From a virus (lineage: Duplodnaviria > Caudoviricetes), in IMG/VR virus record IMGVR_UViG_3300027985_001221, positions 1-60,768 of that record: a stretch of 60,768 nucleotides of DNA. One strand, given 5' to 3'. Within the stretch, counting starts at the first letter, position 1, and the number at the start of each line of letters is the position of its first letter. Positions 48,840-58,844 of this stretch are shown in pieces. A model generated the notes under the pieces. It did no database searches. It saw only the letters and a list, made by a program, of their open reading frames with translations, and was not told the origin of the DNA. Both the position numbers and the translations under genes were made by a program.

Positions 48840-49811
48840 TTAGCTAAGATTGCTGTGGCCGATGTGCGCTTTACGGTTGGAGCAAACTGTATTACCATCG
48901 AAGTAAATCTTCATGGTCTTATCTTCCGGGCTATCCTGTACGACTCTCCAAGGACCACGGGAGAAGAAACCTTTCTGATGAACAGCAAAACCGTAGAATT
49001 TGGAGTTCAGCAAGAAAAGGTGTCCAGAGGGACAATAATCGTCGGGAGTGATGATTTTACCCTCGAAATCAACGCCAGTGAAACCAGCCTTTGCAGTGTC
49101 CTCAGATTTGGTAAAACGCTGCTGGATGGTAAGGGAATCAACGATGATATTGAACAGGGTTTCAGTGGTAACGGCAACGTCCGGTTTACCATTTTTTCCG
49201 TCACGAATTTTTGCCTGGGTAGCCATGGTACGGATGAGAGATGTATTGATACCTTCAACGGTAGCAATCATTTTTCCTTCCCATGGTTTTGTGCCGTCCT
49301 GTGCTTCCAGGTCATCCTCGGCAATACCACCATAGGCAAGGGTAGTAACCTCATTGCAGGTGGCCCGAAGACCAGTCAAACGACGGGAATCGCCAGAAGG
49401 GAGATCATAGAGACTTTCAGCAAGAACCTTTGTAAGGGAAGTCTGGGCAGTCTCAATCTCATCCATCGTAAGTTCTACGACAGCTTCCGGACCGCTATTT
49501 TCCAAAGTATCAAGACGAAGAACGGTAGCATTACCATAGGCATGTGACAGGGTGAAGTAAGCAGCGTTCACGTTATCGCGTTTGTCGCTGGAAAGTGTTT
49601 CGCCACGAGCGTAGAATCCTGCCTCATTACCATCATATTTAAGAGGAATACGAACTCGACGACCGCCAGCAGGACGCTTCCATATACCTTTCTGCTGTTT
49701 CAGGAAGAGATTCAAAAGATAAGAACTGTCAAAGTAGATATCTGTTGCTTTGCCGTTATCGAGAATGAAGTAATCATTCGTAACGGATTCAAGCTGTTCA
49801 AAAGTAAGCAT
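48840..49811 (-). CDS. Major capsid protein
   Basis: 323 aa after scaffold and portal; size and position typical. Confidence 0.8.
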   Translation of the reverse strand: MLTFEQLESVTNDYFILDNGKATDIYFDSSYLLNLFLKQQKGIWKRPAGGRRVRIPLKYDGNEAGFYARGETLSSDKRDNVNAAYFTLSHAYGNATVLRLDTLENSGPEAVVELTMDEIETAQTSLTKVLAESLYDLPSGDSRRLTGLRATCNEVTTLAYGGIAEDDLEAQDGTKPWEGKMIATVEGINTSLIRTMATQAKIRDGKNGKPDVAVTTETLFNIIVDSLTIQQRFTKSEDTAKAGFTGVDFEGKIITPDDYCPSGHLFLLNSKFYGFAVHQKGFFSRGPWRVVQDSPEDKTMKIYFDGNTVCSNRKAHIGHSNLS

Positions 49812-49822
49812 TTCTTTTTCTC

Positions 49823-50707
49823 CTATTTTTTAATACCAGCTCTCTCGGCAATCGATGACACTGCATTCCCTCTGCTCATACTTTTAAGAGCTTTGTCACT
49901 TCTGGTGATTGGGGATACAGACCCATTTGAGCCAAGGACCTGATTTTGTTTTTTGGTTTTAAAATCGTTAATGGCTTTTTGCTCACCCTCTTTTTTAGCG
50001 TCTTCGATCCTTTTATTGATGGTCAGCATCATGTGAGCAGAGATTGCATTGTGACCAGGATTTTTATCCATGTAGGTTTTTAATTCGCCTGAATCCCACA
50101 TCTTTTCGAAGTCTGGATTGTCCTTGGCATACCCACTGAATGTCTCCTCTACTTGACGATTATACCTGTCGGTAGTGGACCTCTCTTCCATTTGCTGTGT
50201 AAGCTCACCCGATATCGATTTAGTGAGTTGCGCAACGAAGTTTTTCGGGTCCTGTGATATAAGATCAACCAAATCATCGTGCTCCATAGCCAGCAGGTCT
50301 GATACCTTGCCACCTACATCCTTGCCACTATCGGTTGTTTTATCCCCTTTTTTCATGGTGGTAAGGGAATCATTAAATTCCTTTAATCCACCAAGAAGTT
50401 TATTTATACTATCAGTAAGTTCAGCATTTGCCGGTGGGGTGGTTGTGTCTGGAGGGGTTTTATCTCCCTCTCCTTTACCGTCATCACCTTTACCGTCATC
50501 ACCTTTATTGTCATCACCATCGCCATCACCCTCCCCATCATCCTTAACAGATGGAATACCAAGGTCGCCCTCAAATCCACCAGATGGCATGGAATCTATG
50601 TTGACATCACCAGACATATCGCCACCACTGTGCGATCCCCCTGGTTCGTCCGGAGCGAAGCAAATGTTACCGAAAATCAAATCCAAACCTTTATACCCCT
50701 TAAGCAT
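49823..50707 (-). CDS. Capsid scaffolding protein
   Basis: Acidic Gly/Asp low-complexity N-terminus, helical C-terminus, before the major capsid gene. Confidence 0.7.
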   Translation of the reverse strand: MLKGYKGLDLIFGNICFAPDEPGGSHSGGDMSGDVNIDSMPSGGFEGDLGIPSVKDDGEGDGDGDDNKGDDGKGDDGKGEGDKTPPDTTTPPANAELTDSINKLLGGLKEFNDSLTTMKKGDKTTDSGKDVGGKVSDLLAMEHDDLVDLISQDPKNFVAQLTKSISGELTQQMEERSTTDRYNRQVEETFSGYAKDNPDFEKMWDSGELKTYMDKNPGHNAISAHMMLTINKRIEDAKKEGEQKAINDFKTKKQNQVLGSNGSVSPITRSDKALKSMSRGNAVSSIAERAGIKK

Positions 50708-51101
50708 GTTTTCCCCCTACTGTAATCGATTCACGTTTTTTGAAGTTATCCATTATTTTACCATGCATTTCCTTTTTCCATTTTTTTCTCTCATTTGGAT
50801 CAGGTTTGCGTAGTTTTTCCCCCTCTTCTATGGGTCGGAGTCCTTCACCTTTTAACCAGTTTTTGTAATTCTTTCGATTGGGCTCATTCATAAATTCCTG
50901 ACAATGACGACCGCCATCTGGATTTACCACTTGTATAGTGTCCTTCATCCAGTTGGGGGATTCGTGTAGTCCACCGAACTTTAGATACACGCGATGGGAC
51001 ACTCCTCCACAGATATTACAAATACCAGTTTTATCCTCAGGGCCAGTGAATACTTCATATATTTCACCACAGCCCTCACATTCCATATCATACAGCGGCA
51101 T
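50700..51101 (-). CDS. FmdB-like zinc-ribbon protein
   Basis: MPLYDMECEGCG...CNICGG. Confidence 0.75.
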   Translation of the reverse strand: MPLYDMECEGCGEIYEVFTGPEDKTGICNICGGVSHRVYLKFGGLHESPNWMKDTIQVVNPDGGRHCQEFMNEPNRKNYKNWLKGEGLRPIEEGEKLRKPDPNERKKWKKEMHGKIMDNFKKRESITVGGKHA

Positions 51102-53199
51102 CTTTACCCCCCGGTTTTGCCTCTTTTTTCGCCTTATCTCTGTTAATTCTTAGATTGGCGATTGTTTCGGATCTCATTACTGCCACTTTTTGGCGTTCTA
51201 TGTCGAGTTTCTCATTATCAACCTGAATATCGTTGAGTACTTTGTCTGCTTCGTTTTGTGCCTTTTTAGCTTTGGCGGCTATTTCACTTGCTTCTCCTCT
51301 CTTTTTCTCCAACTCTATTTCTTTCAGAGGATCTTGCTGTATACCGGCAATATTAAATGCCTGATCGAAGGTTGGTATTTCGCTTCTATCAATTGCCCTT
51401 GCCAATTTGTTATCATCGAGAGCAGTGAGATTATTAAAGTATTCAAGGATTTCAGGTGGAACTTTAGCCATTTCGAACTTGGCGAGTAATTTAGCCGATT
51501 CACCCGATCTGGACCTGTTTGCAACTTCTTTCCATTTGGGCCAATCCATCTGCTTAAGTAATTCCTGATTATCAATAGCTCCTTTATCATAGAGTTCTAT
51601 GGCTTCTTCCCTAATCTGTACCTGGGATTTTGGCATCGTCGATCCACTTACTATGGTAAGCTTCAATGGAACTATCATTTTGTTTCCATTGATTCTGGTT
51701 GTCACCTCATCCCCGGAATCATCATCATAAGAAATATATCTGTCTTCTGTATACCAGTTTTGCATACAGCTAACGTACATACGGCCACGTTCTCTGATAA
51801 GTTTACTGTAATTACGAATCTTACCACGTAACAGGGTAGATGCCCGCTCCAAAAGGGCCGCGATTGCTTTGTAGGCAATCACCTGTCGTCCGGGCTGATT
51901 TGCCTGCTCCATGTCGAAATTGCCAGAGATTTCATAGAACAGGTCTTTGTACAGGGCTATTGATTCTTGTAATTCTTTGGGAACCCTTGGGGGCTCAAGA
52001 TAATGTATGCCATGGTTTGGTGTGGACGGATTGATTACCCCGATACCAGCAGCAAATTGAGTGTTGGCCACCCCCGAGTTTTTGGGGTTCACTACTTTGA
52101 TTGATGCAGTTCGATCCTTCATGGTTGAGTATTGGCTTATGGATTTATTTATCTCCATTTGTAAACCACTCAACTGTTCAAAGTCGCCCTCACCCCATAT
52201 CGTCATTCCATCTTTATTGGAATTGGCTACTCCGAACGGGTACTTATCATAAAGATACGTTAGAGAAGCAACCTCGTCTGGAAGATTGGGGTTGATAGAA
52301 GGATTGGCCATATCGGACACTACTAAATCGCCATTGATAGCCGTTACGCAACGGATATTGCCAGGGTATATGTATTTATCATCCTCGTCTACTTCGTAAT
52401 CTTTCAACCAACATTCAACGATAATGACTTCTTTATCCTCTGACTTTTTCTCTTGCCCCCCGCCTAATAACGTTCTTATTGCCCCGAGGAAGGTGGTTAC
52501 TGTACTTTCCGTTCCGCTTAAGGATTTATCCTTCATGCCAGAAACTGTACGTCTTTCATCCCCCATGTTATTCAGCAATTTTTCGTCTGGCTTAATCAGG
52601 CTGGCTTTGTCGGGGTACCTTCTTTTTGCTTCCCGGACCGAGATGGGGTAATAGTGGAAGACTGCCTCGGCCTTTTGTATGTTTTTGGTTCTGACCGGAT
52701 ATACCCCAAAATGATGAGGATCAACTACTACTGTCTCTACTTCACCAATACCATATTCGGCTTCAAGGTTAAAAATAACCTTTTCGATACAGACTCCATA
52801 GGTTTCTCCATTATAGATAGAATCATCGAGAATATCCTGTTGTTCTGTTTCGTTCCACCAATACTCAGTGGTTCTAAGTATTTTGTTGAATATCTCTTCC
52901 CCACCTTCTATTTCTGTTACTTTCTTAACATTAAAGGTGGGGTTGTTATCAGTTAGTAGGTTTACAGTTCTCCGTCTGTGATGCCCTATGAAGTTGGCAG
53001 AGGTAAGGGATAAAGATGGATTAGCTTTCCTCCAATGTTTATTCCTTCCTAATTCATAGAATCGCAACCATTTGTTGTGCAGATTCAATTCTTCTTTATC
53101 CGATATTACAGTTTCAAGAAGACTGAATAAGGCTTTGCCAACTCTAGGGTCATCTTTCGGAGGGAGTAATCCCTCGTATTCCTTCTCTTCTTTGGCCAT
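51088..53199 (-). CDS. Portal protein (P22-like size)
   Basis: 703 aa downstream of terminase; C-terminal coiled coil. Confidence 0.8.
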   Translation of the reverse strand: MAKEEKEYEGLLPPKDDPRVGKALFSLLETVISDKEELNLHNKWLRFYELGRNKHWRKANPSLSLTSANFIGHHRRRTVNLLTDNNPTFNVKKVTEIEGGEEIFNKILRTTEYWWNETEQQDILDDSIYNGETYGVCIEKVIFNLEAEYGIGEVETVVVDPHHFGVYPVRTKNIQKAEAVFHYYPISVREAKRRYPDKASLIKPDEKLLNNMGDERRTVSGMKDKSLSGTESTVTTFLGAIRTLLGGGQEKKSEDKEVIIVECWLKDYEVDEDDKYIYPGNIRCVTAINGDLVVSDMANPSINPNLPDEVASLTYLYDKYPFGVANSNKDGMTIWGEGDFEQLSGLQMEINKSISQYSTMKDRTASIKVVNPKNSGVANTQFAAGIGVINPSTPNHGIHYLEPPRVPKELQESIALYKDLFYEISGNFDMEQANQPGRQVIAYKAIAALLERASTLLRGKIRNYSKLIRERGRMYVSCMQNWYTEDRYISYDDDSGDEVTTRINGNKMIVPLKLTIVSGSTMPKSQVQIREEAIELYDKGAIDNQELLKQMDWPKWKEVANRSRSGESAKLLAKFEMAKVPPEILEYFNNLTALDDNKLARAIDRSEIPTFDQAFNIAGIQQDPLKEIELEKKRGEASEIAAKAKKAQNEADKVLNDIQVDNEKLDIERQKVAVMRSETIANLRINRDKAKKEAKPGGKDAAV

Positions 53200-53203
53200 T
53201 TAA

Positions 53204-53665
53204 TTATCCGATATCCTTGGACTGATTTATCATATCGACTATTTTTTGATCCACTTCCCCTCCCTCTGCTACTTCACTGGGAGAAGGAACCTCTCTATCA
53301 AAGTCATTGGCGGGGATTTCGCGTTTCTCCGCCCCTACTTCGGGATCAGAATCTTTATCATCCTCACTTGGGGCAATGACTTCCTCTTTATTCACGATTT
53401 CACAACCTTTCGTATTAAGGATTATTTCACCGATGTTGGATGAAATTTTTTCTCCAGAAATAAATGGACGATTGAAACAAACTGGACATCTTAAATCGAC
53501 CCAGGTGGCTACAACGTTAAATGGTCTAGGGAAACCATGTTTCTCATCAACCGATTCAAACATTGCCCCGGTCAATGGTATTTTCAAATCAAGCAATTTG
53601 GCCGTAGCTATGTTCTGTTTGCAAATGTCACAGCTTATTACTACTTTATCAGGCATTTCAGGCAT
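53204..53665 (-). CDS. Hypothetical zinc-ribbon protein
   Basis: CDIC...CPVC. Confidence 0.6.
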   Translation of the reverse strand: MPEMPDKVVISCDICKQNIATAKLLDLKIPLTGAMFESVDEKHGFPRPFNVVATWVDLRCPVCFNRPFISGEKISSNIGEIILNTKGCEIVNKEEVIAPSEDDKDSDPEVGAEKREIPANDFDREVPSPSEVAEGGEVDQKIVDMINQSKDIG

Positions 53666-53676
53666 CTTTAACCCCC

Positions 53677-53949
53677 TTATAATGTTTCTTTTCTAGAATC
53701 AACGGGATCACCTTCCCATAATTCTTCATACATATCACTTTCACTGAATGGTTTAACAGTGTCATTTTGTCTGTCGGATTTTCTCCTCTTTTTGCCCCAC
53801 CGACAATCAGTACAATTTGCGCTTCTTTCATATTCCATTGATTTGTATTTGACCAGATGGAACATGTTAATGCAGAGGTACACCAATAATCCTATAACTA
53901 TTATCAGTTCCCCGAGAAGAAATAATTCAAAATAATCTACTGGTTCCAT
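53677..53949 (-). CDS. Small membrane protein
   Basis: N-terminal transmembrane helix. Confidence 0.5.
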   Translation of the reverse strand: MEPVDYFELFLLGELIIVIGLLVYLCINMFHLVKYKSMEYERSANCTDCRWGKKRRKSDRQNDTVKPFSESDMYEELWEGDPVDSRKETL

Positions 53950-55454
53950 ATTTCATTCTCCGGTGAATTTGCCATTTCATTTTCATAGGTTGCAATACTA
54001 TCGACTTGGACACCTTTCTCAAGATCATTTATCCTTTTCTCTGTTTCACTTACCTTTTTAGTAATTGGGGCTGGCTCAATTACCCTTGCCATGCAGAGAA
54101 AGCAGGAGTCATCATATACGTGATCTTCACCATCTGAATCAATATCTTCCAGTGTCCTAGTTTCCATTACCAAGTTGGGGATGGTGCGTCTAAATTGTTT
54201 ACACCTTTCATATACCTGAATCATTGGTGCTTCACCACCGTTAATTTCACGTATCTTTAGACGTTCCCGAAACTGCCTTATTTTTAGTGTCCTTAATGAA
54301 TCGCCAGGGGTGAGGTATAAGTTAAATGGATCTTCTGCGAATACCTCAGAGGTGGATTTTCCTTGTCCACCACCTTTATAATCTGGCTTTTTATTAAATG
54401 AGTCATTACCAGTTATACGTATGTAATCTCTCCCGATCCCATACATTTTGTGGAACAACTCTTCTCTTTCAATTATCCCTCTGGCTATATCGGAATCGGT
54501 TAGTTTTAAACCCATATTTGGGGTACCATTCCAGCCGTACCATTCATCAAATCTTCTTATTATACCATCATTCGTTACGTACCACCACCCTATACTGAAT
54601 GGCTTACCAAATCCCCAGTCAAATGTCATGTAAAGGGGTGCGCCAACAGGGATTGGGGTGTCATTTGGCAAGACGTACGGGTATCTATCCCTGTATTCGG
54701 TAAATGCTTGTCCAACGTAAACGTCCCAATTGCCTTCTTTAAATGCTTCTCGCAAATCTGGGTGTAAGGTATTGAGGACTTGATAGTATTCTTGGGGAAG
54801 ATGGGGGTTATCTGTTGCTTTAGAGGGGATATAGGCAAACTTTTGTTCAAATCCGGCCCAATCGTCTGAAAAGATTCTATCGATCCAGAATGCTTTGCAC
54901 CAGCCATGTCCGACACCCCCTGGGTTGGTACCTCCCAAGAATTTGAGGAAGCTATCTGGTACGCCGGGGTATCTAAGACGTGTTCTAAGAAAAGTGAAGA
55001 CTTCATATATATTTTTTGTGAGTTCATCAACAAAGATAAAAATGAACTCGGCAGATTGATATTTAGAAGTGTCGTCAAGATTCCTAAGGGCTATTACGCC
55101 CCCTCCCAATTTTTTATTGAGAATGTAACAACGTCCATATGCCTTATGATCATTATGCAGTTTCCCCATCCATGGCGGGAATTCTGTTGTAATTTTTTGT
55201 AGTTGCCTGTCTTTTAACGCTGGGTAATCTTCACAGGCTAGCATTCCTACTGGTGCTTTTACCCCAAATTCTGATGATGCTACCATCAATGTTCTGGCAG
55301 CCGCCCATCTCAACAGGTATGATTTCCCTCCCCCGAGTGCACCACCATAGAGGAGGTATTTGAATAACGGGTTGTCCAGTGCCGCTATTGCTTGTTTTTG
55401 CCTAGGAGTAAATTTCGCTAGGTCGTTATCAAAGTCGAAATCTAAACTGGACAC
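53937..55454 (-). CDS. terL: Terminase large subunit
   Basis: YGGALGGGKS Walker A, FVDE Walker B, TNPGG.GH, DWG and EDH..D nuclease motifs. Confidence 0.92.
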   Translation of the reverse strand: MSSLDFDFDNDLAKFTPRQKQAIAALDNPLFKYLLYGGALGGGKSYLLRWAAARTLMVASSEFGVKAPVGMLACEDYPALKDRQLQKITTEFPPWMGKLHNDHKAYGRCYILNKKLGGGVIALRNLDDTSKYQSAEFIFIFVDELTKNIYEVFTFLRTRLRYPGVPDSFLKFLGGTNPGGVGHGWCKAFWIDRIFSDDWAGFEQKFAYIPSKATDNPHLPQEYYQVLNTLHPDLREAFKEGNWDVYVGQAFTEYRDRYPYVLPNDTPIPVGAPLYMTFDWGFGKPFSIGWWYVTNDGIIRRFDEWYGWNGTPNMGLKLTDSDIARGIIEREELFHKMYGIGRDYIRITGNDSFNKKPDYKGGGQGKSTSEVFAEDPFNLYLTPGDSLRTLKIRQFRERLKIREINGGEAPMIQVYERCKQFRRTIPNLVMETRTLEDIDSDGEDHVYDDSCFLCMARVIEPAPITKKVSETEKRINDLEKGVQVDSIATYENEMANSPENEIWNQ

Positions 55455-55456
55455 TT

Positions 55457-55903
55457 TTAAACCTCTACGCTAGTATTGCCCCTGCGAATGATGATCTTAT
55501 CTGGTAATCCGTCATCATCCACATCTATACCGTAGGTTATTCTCTCCAGCGGTATAATTCTAGCGAAGATTTTTGATGCTTTTTCCAGCATCTTTAACTG
55601 TACGCCGATGTCATCTACGTATCTTATATTCTCCACGATGACTGATCCCACCAGCCTCATTTTACCTAGGTCTGCTTTGTGAGCCTTTGTCACCTGCACG
55701 TCTGTCAGTGTTTCATCATCGCTGTATACATCATCAAAGCACGAGTTGACCGATGAGGTTATTCCTCTATCGCCCCATTTATCTTGTTTTGATTTAAGGA
55801 GTATTTCGGCTAATGATATCCCATACCGATTGGACACTTTCTTAAGGTCACTCCCGGACAAGAATTCAAGTTTTATATTATCCCAATCAATCTTTTTTGA
55901 CAT
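55457..55903 (-). CDS. Terminase small subunit candidate
   Basis: N-terminal HTH (IDW..IK.EF...LK.VS.RYGIS), directly upstream of terL. Confidence 0.65.
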   Translation of the reverse strand: MSKKIDWDNIKLEFLSGSDLKKVSNRYGISLAEILLKSKQDKWGDRGITSSVNSCFDDVYSDDETLTDVQVTKAHKADLGKMRLVGSVIVENIRYVDDIGVQLKMLEKASKIFARIIPLERITYGIDVDDDGLPDKIIIRRGNTSVEV

Positions 55904-55954
55904 TACCGTTTTCCTTATTTTTCACGCCCGCATGCGCCCCCGCAGCTTTTAAAC

Positions 55955-55984
55955 ATTTTACCACATTCGGGCGGCTTCTGTCAA
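55955..55984 (-). promoter_or_regulatory. Sigma70-type promoter of the packaging/structural arm
   Basis: On the - strand: TTGACA-18nt-TAAAAT with TG extension. Confidence 0.7.
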
Positions 55985-56215
55985 GTGCCTTACTGCAAAG
56001 GAGGGCCAACAAAGAGGGCTCAAAGACCTCGTGACTGGTGTGAATATCGCACACTGGGTTCACGCCATTCACAGTACCCAGAACAAAGCATCAGCTTCCC
56101 GCTGGCGGGTGGCTCGATGTAAGCCCCGGTCGACCCCAGCCGATGCCAAGGACGATAGACCCAAAGGCTCTGGATGGACACTTTTAAAATAGCATCCCCA
56201 TATATACCTCAAATT

Positions 56216-56490
56216 CAAGAAGCTGTTAGGGTGGGTACCAGTGATACTATACCTCAGCCATTAGCTTAATTATCATAACCACACAGTTAGTGTAATTGCC
56301 TTCGACCAGGGCTGGCCCGGATGCCCCGACGTTGGAACAAGGAGGATAGATGTTACCCCCTAGATGATAGACAAAAGTAAATGGACGCTGGATATCACCC
56401 CTAGACGCTGACAAAGGCTGTTGGATGCCTAACAATCAAAGGCGGATCTGGTAATTGATTCTAAGCGAGTGGGGTTCCGATATGGGACAA
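56216..56490. ncRNA. Unidentified structured non-coding element, copy X
   Basis: Collinear conserved blocks shared with 60121-60330. Confidence 0.4.
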
Positions 56491-56716
56491 AACTTAATTT
56501 CACTGGGTCTGCCGACGTCCTTACGTATGCGCTGCGCGCAGGTATATTGCGTGGTACGCCCCCGCTGGCCGCTTGGCGGCCCGCCGTCTGCATGTTATTC
56601 TGGGCGAGAAGCGGCGGCCCCGCCGCGACGCGACACGATCGTGTGGTACGATCACAACGCGTAATTAACGGGCAATCAAGCCCGAAACCGGCGTACTCGC
56701 CAAAGGAGAAACTCCC

Positions 56717-57229
56717 ATGACTACAGCTATCGAAACCAAAACCACCGTAGACGCAATCGTATCTGAAACCAACGCAAACGAGAAAAACGAAATGGTGCAG
56801 TACGACGTAATTTCGTACTTATCATGCAAATGTGGGTACAAAGCAGTGGTCCCGGCTGGTAACAGATTCAACCGTAAATGCCCGGACTGCAAGGCATGGT
56901 TGAACGTACGCCTTAACCCAAATCACGAGAACTACGTAAAGGGCCTGAACGTCACTGTCAATGGCAATGATACCTATGACATAAATGACCTCACTGCAGT
57001 AGCCCTCAGGGGGATGGATATCAAAGATGCCTACATCAAGGCGGCTGAATTGATGATGATTGAAATCCCTAGGGAAAGCTGGTTCTCCCCCAAAATGGAC
57101 CGGGAGTACAGGAAATCCGGCAAGAGTTTAGCTGAATTCCTTAGCTCCCGCTGGTCAGAGCGTAATTTGGGGATGCAAAGGATGAATTTGGGCAACGTAC
57201 TTCGTGCTGCTTTCAATAGGGCATTATGA
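56717..57229 (+). CDS. Zinc-ribbon protein with NLGMQRMxLGN domain (paralogue 1)
   Basis: Aligns with 58845..59537. Confidence 0.75.
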   Translation: MTTAIETKTTVDAIVSETNANEKNEMVQYDVISYLSCKCGYKAVVPAGNRFNRKCPDCKAWLNVRLNPNHENYVKGLNVTVNGNDTYDINDLTAVALRGMDIKDAYIKAAELMMIEIPRESWFSPKMDREYRKSGKSLAEFLSSRWSERNLGMQRMNLGNVLRAAFNRAL

Positions 57230-57236
57230 TTTCACC

Positions 57237-57260
57237 GGGGGGCATTTAGCCCCCCACTTT
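57237..57260 (+). terminator. Hairpin / terminator-like element
   Basis: GGGGGGC-ATTTA-GCCCCCC-ACTTT. Confidence 0.5.
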
Positions 57261-57286
57261 CAAACCTCATATAAGGAGAAACTACC

Positions 57287-57811
57287 ATGGAACAACAAGA
57301 AAACAACAACAACATGAAACAACAAGCTAACATTAAACAACAACAGGAGGAAAGAAGAATGAAACAAATTATCGCACTGACAGTAGAATTGGACAATGAT
57401 GATGTTGATCATTTCCCACCCATTGCAAGAGCAGTGGCAATTGCGATTGAAAACAGGATAGCACAATCATCGGGCCATGGGTGGACCATCGGATTTACAA
57501 CCGATAAAGCGGATGAAATACGACTGGTCGGAGTGGACACTATCCTTGAGACTAAGCGGTTTATTGTTACCCTGTACAGTGGTAAACTGGAGGGTAAGGC
57601 CCTTTATATTGAGGCAGTGGATGAACAGATTGCAATGTGGAAAGTGGAAAAGTTGATGGACATGAAGTGGTTGAAAACTAAGAAGGGATGGTTCCTCATT
57701 GCTGAAGAATATGCGGACCAAGTTGATTTTGATGAACTTACCAACTGCTATTCAGTGGCGATTGGTGAGATAGACCATGAAGGTTTCAGTCCAGAAGCCG
57801 TTCAATGGTAA
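57287..57811 (+). CDS. Hypothetical protein
   Basis: AAGGAG RBS; Gln/Asn-rich N-terminus (alternative start 57359). Confidence 0.65.
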   Translation: MEQQENNNNMKQQANIKQQQEERRMKQIIALTVELDNDDVDHFPPIARAVAIAIENRIAQSSGHGWTIGFTTDKADEIRLVGVDTILETKRFIVTLYSGKLEGKALYIEAVDEQIAMWKVEKLMDMKWLKTKKGWFLIAEEYADQVDFDELTNCYSVAIGEIDHEGFSPEAVQW

Positions 57812-57849
57812 ACTTTATCGGGGCCGAAAGGCCCCAAAGGAGAAATGTT

Positions 57850-58329
57850 ATGGACAAAAGGTTAGAGATTCTTCACGATGTTTTGTTTAGTCTGGTTAAT
57901 GACCCTGATGGTGATTTACCTCCCTTGGAGGATATTTTGTGTACAAACTTCAAGGACTACAACCTTGATGATGTTAATGAAGTGATAACGGAGGAAATCG
58001 TTAGCCTCCGGAAACAACTGGTCGAAGGTTATGGCGACCATTTATCGATACACATCGGCAGGGGAATGGGAATAACCATCAATGGTATGAAACCTGATGC
58101 CCCATGGGACTTTGGTATTGATGTAACTCACTCAATCATTAAAACTGATAACTTGTCAGTGAACGGGGTGAAAATATCAAGGATCGAGTTTAGCTCTAAC
58201 ATTTATGATAACGATTTCCCCGACATTGTGAAGTTGGTTACTGAAAAAGGTACAAAGATGTATAGCCTTATACGGGGTTTTTATGATGACGAAGTATCGT
58301 CAACCATCTACTACAAACCTCTACTATAA
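57850..58329 (+). CDS. Hypothetical protein
   Basis: ATG 57850 after AAAGGAG. Confidence 0.65.
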   Translation: MDKRLEILHDVLFSLVNDPDGDLPPLEDILCTNFKDYNLDDVNEVITEEIVSLRKQLVEGYGDHLSIHIGRGMGITINGMKPDAPWDFGIDVTHSIIKTDNLSVNGVKISRIEFSSNIYDNDFPDIVKLVTEKGTKMYSLIRGFYDDEVSSTIYYKPLL

Positions 58330-58336
58330 ACAGCTA

Positions 58337-58365
58337 TTGACAGGGGGCTCTCTATGTGGTATAAT
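58337..58365 (+). promoter_or_regulatory. Sigma70-type promoter
   Basis: TTGACA-17nt-TATAAT with TG extension. Confidence 0.85.
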
Positions 58366-58423
58366 GGAGGTATCACAGGGAGCCTCGGCTTAAACTTCAA
58401 AAAATAAAGTAAGGAGAAACAAA

Positions 58424-58669
58424 ATGGAACGTGACAAATTGGAAGCAATCGCAACAGAGATTTTTGGCGAGCAGAAAGGTAAAAGTTGGACAAAGGGTAA
58501 CGTTCGCCTCAAAATCAAAGAACACGTATGGCGGGTTGATGTAAAGGTGGAAAAAACTCATCCGTATCAAGTTGACTGGTCCCGTGTTGCCGGTTTCCCT
58601 ATTGACAAAACGGAAGAGGACACTTTTAGGGAGTTCGTAGGAAAAACTATCGAGGCCAACAAGGGGTAA
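58424..58669 (+). CDS. Hypothetical protein
   Basis: AAGGAG RBS. Confidence 0.65.
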   Translation: MERDKLEAIATEIFGEQKGKSWTKGNVRLKIKEHVWRVDVKVEKTHPYQVDWSRVAGFPIDKTEEDTFREFVGKTIEANKG

Positions 58670-58769
58670 ACATGAAAGCTAAACTATTTGTACTGGCTGC
58701 ATTCTTTGCGGCCTACACGATTTGTGGCTGGATTGAATTGTACTGGTAAACTGTTACCTAAACAGGTAC

Positions 58770-58798
58770 TTGACAAGGGGCTCTTCGTGTGGTAAAGT
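58770..58798 (+). promoter_or_regulatory. Sigma70-type promoter (weaker -10)
   Basis: TTGACA-17nt-TAAAGT with TG extension. Confidence 0.65.
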
Positions 58799-58844
58799 GA
58801 GCCATGCGAAGGGCTCTTAATCACCAAAACAAGGGGGAAACCTG

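Noticed and set aside
44006-50813. Long + strand ORFs (44006..44896, 48789..49547, 50175..50813) and similar antisense ORFs elsewhere
   Set aside because: They are shadows of well-supported opposite-strand genes and have no recognisable motifs.
57287-57345. CAA-rich tract as a separate repeat element
   Set aside because: It is short and imperfect, and is explained as a Gln/Asn-rich N-terminus or an unstructured leader before the RBS near 57346.
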